From the NCBI GenBank assembly GCA_051859245.1, contig JBHYGA010000001.1, positions 608,001 to 672,000 on the forward strand: a stretch of 64,000 nt of DNA. Reading direction: 5' to 3'. The notes beneath the pieces were generated by a model. That model was not told where the DNA came from. It saw nothing but the letters and a program-made list of their open reading frames with translations, and did not search any database. Both the position numbers and the translations under genes were made by a program. This document shows positions 57,225 through 64,000 of the stretch, in pieces (positions within the stretch are counted from its first letter, which is position 1; each line of letters opens with the position of its first letter). Origin of the DNA: Gemmatimonadaceae bacterium. Its GTDB lineage: Bacteria; Gemmatimonadota; Gemmatimonadetes; Gemmatimonadales; Gemmatimonadaceae.

Positions 57225-60200
57225 TCGTCCGGCGCTGTCCGACGCATCATTGAGCACCGCGACGCCGGAGCACGCAAACGGCATTCACGGTTCGGCCCTC
57301 GCGCGGCTGGTTGGCGCCGCGATGGCACGACCGGTTCTGGTACTGCTCACGGTCGCCGTGTGCGTTGTGGCGGGTGTCTTGGCGTTCCTGCGATTGCCAT
57401 TCGATGCGTTTCCGGATCTGACCGGTGTGCGCGTTGAAGTGATCACCGAAGCGCGCGGCTACGCGGTTGAAGAAGTGGAGCAGTTGGTCACGTACCCGAT
57501 TGAGTCCGTGCTCATGGGTGTGGAGGGCGCCGAACAAGTGCGCTCCACCTCAAAAGCCGGTCTCTCGTTGGTGACGATTGCGTTTGCGGACGGCACGGAC
57601 CTGTATCACGCACGCACGCTGGTCACCCAGCGACTTGGCGATGCGAAAGGCGAACTCCCCGACGGCGTATCGCCGCTGCTCGGTCCCGTCTCAACGCCGC
57701 TTGGTGAGCTGTACCAGTATGTGGTTGAGAGTGATTCGCTCACGCTCACCGAACTAAAGGCACTGCACGACTATGTGGTGCGGCCGCGACTGCGCAGCGT
57801 GCCCGGTGTGAGCGAAGTGAACTCGTGGGGCGGACTGATTGAGCAGGTGCAGATTCAGGTGAACCCAGCCGCGTTGGCCTCGTATGCATTGACGCTCGAT
57901 GATGTACACAACGCGTTGGCCAACAACTCGGTCGCGTTTGGTGGATCGTACGTGGAGAGCGAGGGAGAGCGATGGACACTGCGCGGTCTCGGACGCATTG
58001 AGGCGGCGGAGGATCTGCTTTCGGTAGTCATTCGATCTGTGGACGGGGTCTCGGTTCGTGTTCGCGATGTTGCCACCGTGGAAGTGGGTTCGTTGCCGCG
58101 CTTCGGCGCCGTGTCGCGCGACGGGACGCACGCCACCGTCGCGGGCATGGTGCTCAAACGCAAAGGCGAAGATTCGCGACGCGTGATTACGGGCGTGCTC
58201 GAGCGACTTGACGAAGTACGGGCGGCGCTTCCGAGTCATGTGAAGATCACACCGTTCTATGATCAAAGCGCGCTCGTGACACGAACCACGCACACCATTC
58301 TGAGCAATCTCACGCTTGGCGGTGTGCTGGTGGTTGCGGTGCTGTTTCTGTTTCTGCGCGATGTGCGAGCCTCATTGTTGGTTGCGAGCGTGATTCCGCT
58401 CAGCATGCTCATTGCATTCGCGGCCATGTGGGCCACCGGCGCCTCAGCGAACTTGATGAGTCTTGGCGCGCTCGACTTTGGATTGCTGGTTGACGGCGCG
58501 ATCGTGATGGTGGATCAGTTCGTCCGACAGTTCGAAGGCAAACATTCCGTGGCGGCGGAAGGCGTCACACCGGAACTACGTCGCGTGAGGCTGCGCCGCG
58601 CCGCGGTGGAAGTGGCGCGCCCGGTGTTGTTTGGCGTGTCGATCATTGTGGCAGTGTATCTGCCGATCTTCGCGCTTGGCGGTATGGAAGGCCGCATGTT
58701 CCGACCCATGGCGTTCACCGTGGTGGTGGCGGTGTTGGCGTCGCTGCTGCTGGCGCTCACGTATGTGCCGGCCATGGCGGCGCGCGTGCTTAAGCCGGTT
58801 GCACGAAAGCCGTCACCAGGCTTTGAACGCATGGAAGGTGCGTATGGGCGCGCGCTCAACAGCTGCCTGCGTCAGCCTCGCCTTGTTGTTGGTGCGGCTG
58901 TCATGCTCATCGCGGGATCGCTGGTGCTGCTACGCAATACGGGCACCGAGTTCATGCCGCGCCTCGACGAAGGTGCGATTCTCGTGAATACACGGCAGCT
59001 GCCGAGCACGTCGCTTGAGGAGGCGATGCACCTGGCGTCGGCTGCCGAGCGCATCGTCAAACAGTTTCCCGAGGTGATTACCACGATCACCAAACAGGGG
59101 CGGCCAGATCTCGCGACCGAAGCGATGGGACTCTTCGAAGGCGATATGTATGTGCCGCTGCATCCGCGCGACACGTGGACCACGGCCGAGACCCGTGAAG
59201 GACTCGTGGCGGCGTTTGATTCGGCGCTGCGCGTGATTCCCGGTCTTGATGTCGCGTTTACACAGCCCATGGCCATGCGCCTGGACGAAGCAGAAAGCGG
59301 CATCAAGACCGATCTCGGCGTAAAGATCTTTGGCGCCGATCTCGAGCTGATTCACAACGTTGCGGAGCGTATTCGCGCGGTGGTTGCGAGCGTTCCAGGC
59401 GCTGCAGATGTCATGGTGGAAGTGAGCGAAGGCGCGGGCGAGCTGCGCATTACGCCGGATCGCAATGCGTTGGCGGCGTACGGCATCAGCATCGACGATC
59501 TGCGTGCGGCGGTGGACTACAGCACGGCGCGTCGCACGGCGGCAGAGCTCGTGATCGGTCCGCGGCGCGTGCCCATTGCCGTGGTGCTACCGGCCGCGCA
59601 ACGCAGCGACAAAGAATCGTTGAACAATCTGCCGCTGCGGGCCGCGAGTGGCGCCATCGTGCCGCTCGGCGCCGTTGCCACGCTCACCTATGGCGAAGGA
59701 CCGGAACTGATCGGCCACGAAGACGCACAGCGTCGTACACTCGTTGTCGCGAACGTGCGCGGACGTGATCTCGGTGGCTTTGCCGGCGAAGTGCAGCAGC
59801 GCGTCGCGGAATCGGTGGTGCTGCCGGCTGGCGTGTTTCTGGAATGGGGCGGGCAGTACGAAAATCAGCAGCGCGCCATGCAGCGTCTTGAGCTGGTGGT
59901 ACCGGCCGCGATTCTCCTGATCGTACTGCTGTTGTACGCCGCGTTTGGTTCGTGGGGGCAATCTGTACTGGTGCTGGCCAACGTTCCGTTCGCACTCGTG
60001 GGTGGCGTGGCCGCACTGTGGCTGCGTGGACTCAACCTGAGTTTGTCGGCGAGTATCGGCTTTATTGCGCTATTCGGTATTGCGGTGCTCAATGGTGTGG
60101 TGCTCGTGGAGCATCTCAATCACCTGCGCGACGTCGAACACGATTTGGAGCGGCGCGTGCGCAAGGGCGCGAGAGATCGACTGCGCCCGGTCTTGATGAC

Positions 60201-60390
60201 GGCGCTGGTGGCCAGCCTCGGCTTTGTCCCGATGGCGCTCTCGCATGGCGCGGGTTCGGAGGTGCAGCGGCCGCTCGCCTCCGTGGTGATCGGCGGCTTG
60301 CTGACCTCGACGCTGCTCACACTGTTCGTGCTTCCAGTGCTGTATCGCTGGCTGGAAGCACGAACGGGAACGCGTGAAGCCGTGCGCTAG
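57211..60390 (+). CDS. CusA/CzcA-family heavy-metal RND permease
   Basis: 'DAFPDLT', 'ANLMSLGALDFGLLVDGA', 'GFIALFGIAVLNG', 'RLRPVLMTA', 'GSEVQRPLA'. Confidence 0.95.
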   Translation: MQNTDRPALSDASLSTATPEHANGIHGSALARLVGAAMARPVLVLLTVAVCVVAGVLAFLRLPFDAFPDLTGVRVEVITEARGYAVEEVEQLVTYPIESVLMGVEGAEQVRSTSKAGLSLVTIAFADGTDLYHARTLVTQRLGDAKGELPDGVSPLLGPVSTPLGELYQYVVESDSLTLTELKALHDYVVRPRLRSVPGVSEVNSWGGLIEQVQIQVNPAALASYALTLDDVHNALANNSVAFGGSYVESEGERWTLRGLGRIEAAEDLLSVVIRSVDGVSVRVRDVATVEVGSLPRFGAVSRDGTHATVAGMVLKRKGEDSRRVITGVLERLDEVRAALPSHVKITPFYDQSALVTRTTHTILSNLTLGGVLVVAVLFLFLRDVRASLLVASVIPLSMLIAFAAMWATGASANLMSLGALDFGLLVDGAIVMVDQFVRQFEGKHSVAAEGVTPELRRVRLRRAAVEVARPVLFGVSIIVAVYLPIFALGGMEGRMFRPMAFTVVVAVLASLLLALTYVPAMAARVLKPVARKPSPGFERMEGAYGRALNSCLRQPRLVVGAAVMLIAGSLVLLRNTGTEFMPRLDEGAILVNTRQLPSTSLEEAMHLASAAERIVKQFPEVITTITKQGRPDLATEAMGLFEGDMYVPLHPRDTWTTAETREGLVAAFDSALRVIPGLDVAFTQPMAMRLDEAESGIKTDLGVKIFGADLELIHNVAERIRAVVASVPGAADVMVEVSEGAGELRITPDRNALAAYGISIDDLRAAVDYSTARRTAAELVIGPRRVPIAVVLPAAQRSDKESLNNLPLRAASGAIVPLGAVATLTYGEGPELIGHEDAQRRTLVVANVRGRDLGGFAGEVQQRVAESVVLPAGVFLEWGGQYENQQRAMQRLELVVPAAILLIVLLLYAAFGSWGQSVLVLANVPFALVGGVAALWLRGLNLSLSASIGFIALFGIAVLNGVVLVEHLNHLRDVEHDLERRVRKGARDRLRPVLMTALVASLGFVPMALSHGAGSEVQRPLASVVIGGLLTSTLLTLFVLPVLYRWLEARTGTREAVR

Positions 60391-60851
60391 CGGACCAATC
60401 CGTAAATGCCCCAGAGCGCGAAGCCGGCGCCGCCGAGCACGATCAGATCACCGGGCGCGTCATCAACTTCGGAGCCGATGATCATGGCCGCGAGGCCGAC
60501 CACCACATAGGCAATTGACGCGCGACGGCTGGGCGCGCGCTGCTTCATGAGCGCGGTGGCATTGGTGCTCACCTCATCGCGCGATGCCGCGGGAATGAAC
60601 TGGACTTCGCCGCGCTGCATGAGCGGACCGGCCATGTTCACGCGATTGGGCGACGTGACAGTTTCAGCATTGGACGTGACGTTCGTCGCGACGACCGGTA
60701 CAACCGCTGCGACCGCTGCTTCCTGAGCGCCGGCCGTTTCCTGCGCCGATGCCGTGGAGGCAAAGAGAACGGCGGCGGCGAATGAGGCGCCGGCGACAAA
60801 CCGGCGGCGATGGTCGGGGCGGACGGCGCCACGCGATGTGTACTGAGCCAC
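60387..60851 (-). CDS. Hypothetical exported/membrane-anchored protein
   Basis: AAGGAG before GTG 60851; signal peptide (ASA|Q); C-terminal hydrophobic hairpin. Confidence 0.6.
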   Translation of the reverse strand: MAQYTSRGAVRPDHRRRFVAGASFAAAVLFASTASAQETAGAQEAAVAAVVPVVATNVTSNAETVTSPNRVNMAGPLMQRGEVQFIPAASRDEVSTNATALMKQRAPSRRASIAYVVVGLAAMIIGSEVDDAPGDLIVLGGAGFALWGIYGLVR

Positions 60852-60999
60852 GGAACACTCCTTGAGCTGAGAGATTGAGCTAACGCCGGAAGCCGCCCAC
60901 GCCGCACGGAATGGGCGCCGGTGATAACATCCATGAGACACTGTCCATCCGCCAGTAGTTCCGGTTTTCTGCGGTCTTCACGTCGCTCTCCCTCACGCT

Positions 61000-62208
61000 A
61001 TGTGCGCTGCATCACTCACTGCTGATCCACTGCTCGCGTTTCGCGAGGAGTTTCCCATTCTTGAACGCTCCACGTATCTCGTGTCGAACTCGCTCGGTGC
61101 GATGCCACGAAGCGTGCCGGCACAGTTGGCGGAGTATGCGCGCCAGTGGGGCGAGCGCGGCGTTCGCGCGTGGGCGGAAGGGTGGTGGGATATGCCTATT
61201 CGCGTGGGCGACATCGTGGCGCCACTGATGGGAGCGGCTCCCGGCGAAGTCGCCATGATGCCCACCGTCACGCAGGCCATGAGCGCCGTGCTGTCGTCGC
61301 TCGATTACCCGGCGCAGCGCAATCGTGTGGTGATGACCGCGTTGGATTTCCCTTCCGTACGCTACGCATACAACGCGCTGGCCCCACGCTTCGGCGCCGA
61401 AATTGTGGTGGTGCCAAGCGACGACGGTGTGCGCATCGAAACGCAGCGCGTGCTCGACGCCATCGATGAACGCACGCGGCTCGTGGCGGTTTCGCACGTG
61501 CTGTTCAAGTCAGCGTACATTCTCGACGCGGCCGCGATCTGTCGGCGCGCGAAAGAAGTGGGTGCAGTGGTGGCGCTCGACGCCTATCACTCGGTGGGTG
61601 TGATTCCCGTGGACGTCCACGCACTCGGCGTGGATTTTCTCGCGGGCGGCGTGCTCAAGTGGCTGTGTGGTGGTCCAGGTGGTGCGTTCCTCTACGCGTC
61701 GCCTGAGGCGAGTGCGCGGTTTGCGCCGGCAACCACCGGCTGGCAGGCTCATCGCACACCATTCGCGTTTGATCCGCAGATGCAATACGCCGACGGCGCG
61801 TGGCGGTGGCTTGGTGGCACGCCCACGGTCCCCGCGTTGTTCGCGGGGCTTGACGGCCCCAAGCTGGTGCATCAAGCGGGAATGATGGCCGTGCGCGAAA
61901 AGAGCGTGCGACAGACATCACGGCTGATCGCACTGGCGGATGAGCATGGCTGGACGGTAAATGCACCGCGTGAATCGGAACGGCGCGGGGGCACCGTCGC
62001 GTTTGACATGCCAAATGCGTCCGAAATCTCGCAGGCGCTGCTCGCGCGTGATGTGGTCATCGATTATCGGCCGGGCGCCGGTATTCGCGTGGCACCGCAC
62101 TTCTACACCACCGATGCCGAGGTGGAACGTGTCGCGTATGAGATTGACGACATCGTGGCCACCGACGCATGGCGCGCATTTGCGGGACAAAAGAGAACGG
62201 TCACGTGA
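61000..62208 (+). CDS. PLP-dependent class V enzyme, kynureninase-like
   Basis: 'YLVSNSLG', 'DFPS', 'DAYHSVG', PLP Lys in 'LKWLCGGPG', 'GW'. Confidence 0.82.
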   Translation: MCAASLTADPLLAFREEFPILERSTYLVSNSLGAMPRSVPAQLAEYARQWGERGVRAWAEGWWDMPIRVGDIVAPLMGAAPGEVAMMPTVTQAMSAVLSSLDYPAQRNRVVMTALDFPSVRYAYNALAPRFGAEIVVVPSDDGVRIETQRVLDAIDERTRLVAVSHVLFKSAYILDAAAICRRAKEVGAVVALDAYHSVGVIPVDVHALGVDFLAGGVLKWLCGGPGGAFLYASPEASARFAPATTGWQAHRTPFAFDPQMQYADGAWRWLGGTPTVPALFAGLDGPKLVHQAGMMAVREKSVRQTSRLIALADEHGWTVNAPRESERRGGTVAFDMPNASEISQALLARDVVIDYRPGAGIRVAPHFYTTDAEVERVAYEIDDIVATDAWRAFAGQKRTVT

Positions 62209-62306
62209 CGAGCGGTGGTGGTTGAAATCAGTGCGGCTCACACGCTGGCGCGTTTCGTGCGCTGACCGCAGTTTTCAGTGCAACGATTCCCTCAACCCGT
62301 CGCGAG

Positions 62307-62555
62307 ATGAGCGCTTCGAGCACCCCGCCCAAAAAACTCCGCAAGCAATACAGCAATAACACGTATCCACTTGTGGTGCTGAAGTTTGAAGACGGGCATG
62401 AGATCAAAATTTATCAGGGCAAGGGCAAGTTGTTCGATGCGTGGCCTGGCGAGCGCGTGAAGATCATGGCCGTGCACGATACGTCGGCAAAAGAATGGGA
62501 GCTTGTGGAAACGCGCACCGGGGACATGTTCGACGACGCTCCCGCCGACGCGTGA
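62307..62555 (+). CDS. Small hypothetical protein (82 aa)
   Basis: Protein-like composition; GTGA overlap with the next gene. Confidence 0.7.
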   Translation: MSASSTPPKKLRKQYSNNTYPLVVLKFEDGHEIKIYQGKGKLFDAWPGERVKIMAVHDTSAKEWELVETRTGDMFDDAPADA

Positions 62556-63463
62556 GCGCTCGCCGTTCCGTGCACCGCGCCATCGCGAGCGCGCTCTTCG
62601 TTCTGGGATCGGCGACCCAGTTGGCGGGTGCGCAGAGTACTCGCGGCCCGATCGTCGACACCAGTGCGCTGCGCGCCGCGATGCAGCGAGAGATCCAGCC
62701 GCACCGTGGTGTCGTCGGTTATACCGTGCGTGATCTCGATGCCGGCTGGCAGATTGCCGAACGGGGAGACGAAAAGTTCCCCACGGCCAGCTTGATCAAG
62801 GTCCCGATTCTGGTGACCGTATTTGACCTGGTGGAACAGGGCAGGCTGTCGCTCGATGACAAGCTCACCGTGTTGCCAATCGACGTGGTACCGGGCGCGG
62901 GGATACTGCAACATCTGCACGCCGGCATCACGATCACAGTGCGCGATGCCGCATGGCTGATGACCACAATCAGCGACAACACGGCCACGAACTTGTTGCT
63001 CGATCGCATCATCATCCGGCGCGTGTGGGACAAGATGGACTCCTTGGCGCTGCCGGCCACTCGGGTGCATTCCAAATCGTTCCTGCGCTCGTCGAGCGTC
63101 GCGATGGACAGCTCTGTCAAGTACGGACTCGGTGTTACGACGCCGAATGAAATGGCGCAGCTGTTTGCGCTGCTGGCGAACGGCCGCGCCGTATCACCCG
63201 CCGCAGATTCGGTGATGCGCGATATGCTGGCTGCCAATGAAGACGCGCAGTTGCTGCAGCGACGCGTGTCTGGCGTACGCGCGCCCCACAAAACGGGCGC
63301 CACCGACGCGGTGCGCACCGAGTGCACGTTGTGGTACTTGCGATCACGCGTGGTCGCGTGCGTAATGACGCGCGACAACGCGGATACACGCTGGGTGCTC
63401 GACAGCGAGCCACAGTTGCTCATGGCGCGACTTGGTGAGCTGATCGTGAGCGCCTTCAAGTAA
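62552..63463 (+). CDS. Serine hydrolase of class A beta-lactamase fold, secreted
   Basis: SxxK 'ASLIK', 'SDN', 'HKTG'; signal peptide; start GTG 62552. Confidence 0.88.
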   Translation: MSARRSVHRAIASALFVLGSATQLAGAQSTRGPIVDTSALRAAMQREIQPHRGVVGYTVRDLDAGWQIAERGDEKFPTASLIKVPILVTVFDLVEQGRLSLDDKLTVLPIDVVPGAGILQHLHAGITITVRDAAWLMTTISDNTATNLLLDRIIIRRVWDKMDSLALPATRVHSKSFLRSSSVAMDSSVKYGLGVTTPNEMAQLFALLANGRAVSPAADSVMRDMLAANEDAQLLQRRVSGVRAPHKTGATDAVRTECTLWYLRSRVVACVMTRDNADTRWVLDSEPQLLMARLGELIVSAFK

Positions 63464-64000
63464 TGGCCTCGCCCGCGTCACCGGTCTTCGTCGCAGCGCC
63501 CATTCGCGCGTCGCTCGCCCGAGGTGGCGCCGTGGTCGCGCTTGAGAGCTCGGTGCTCGCACAGGGGTTGGCCATTCCCCACAATCGTGTTGCAGCGGAG
63601 CGCATGCTGCGTGGTGTGGAACGCACGGGAGCGGAGGCGGCGATCACCGCCATCGTGCGTGGGGTGCCAACCGTCGGACTCGCGACAGATGATCTGGAGC
63701 GCTTTCTGGCGCGCGATGGCGTGCGCAAAGTCTCGTCGCGCGATCTCGCCTGGTGCATGACGGAACGTTGCGATGGCGCGACCACTGTGGCCGCCACACT
63801 CACGCTCGCGTCGGCGGCTGGTGTTGAGGTCTTTGCGACCGGTGGTATTGGCGGTGTGCATCGCGACGCACCGTTCGACGAATCGGCCGATCTGGTGGAA
63901 CTCGCGCGCACGCCAATGATCGTGGTGTGCGCAGGTGCGAAAAGCATCCTCGATCTGCCAGCCACCATGGAGCGGCTGGAAACACTTGGCGTTACGGTGA
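63463..64000 (+). CDS. psuG: Pseudouridine-5'-phosphate glycosidase (runs off the window)
   Basis: Not in the ORF track; my translation from ATG 63463 (TAATG overlap) gives 'VVALESSVLAQG', 'KVSSRD', 'GATTVAAT', 'FATGGIGGVHR', 'SADL', 'GAKSILD'. Confidence 0.93.
   Translation, partial: MASPASPVFVAAPIRASLARGGAVVALESSVLAQGLAIPHNRVAAERMLRGVERTGAEAAITAIVRGVPTVGLATDDLERFLARDGVRKVSSRDLAWCMTERCDGATTVAATLTLASAAGVEVFATGGIGGVHRDAPFDESADLVELARTPMIVVCAGAKSILDLPATMERLETLGVTV

Noticed and set aside
5718..63968. Many long antisense or alternate-frame ORFs (e.g. 5718-6863, 26472-27743, 36006-37127, 49442-50608)
   Set aside because: They are shadows of real genes in GC-rich DNA: Arg/His-rich, with no motifs.

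Overview
GC-rich bacterial chromosomal segment of about 56 tightly packed CDSs. I found no rRNA, tRNA, CRISPR array, transposase or prophage gene. The gene content (many signal-peptide proteins, a BNR/VPS10-type protein, a beta-propeller lipoprotein, S9/M28 peptidases, outer-membrane barrels) suggests a diderm of the Gemmatimonadota type; this is inference only. Recognisable functions are chemotaxis (MCP, FliS-like gene), two RND efflux systems (one CzcCBA-like with an OmpR-type two-component system), queC/queE/queD, aguA/aguB, acnA, beta-carbonic anhydrase, a kynureninase-like enzyme and psuG. The most unusual observations are: (1) an intact patatin phospholipase fused to a C-terminal single-cluster ferredoxin, upstream of aconitase and a lipid kinase; (2) a secreted CotH-like kinase coupled to DUF4956, divergent from a PafA-type phosphatase; (3) back-to-back sigma-28 promoters driving an uncharacterised porin and an MCP; (4) a three-barrel outer-membrane protein with an Arg/Asp/Met-rich linker; (5) a QueD with a Zn-ligand His replaced by Arg; (6) a recurrent TANNNT box 5-8 nt before start codons, suggesting frequent leaderless mRNAs. 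All family calls come from motif recognition by eye, not database searches. Several starts were refined relative to the ORF track.
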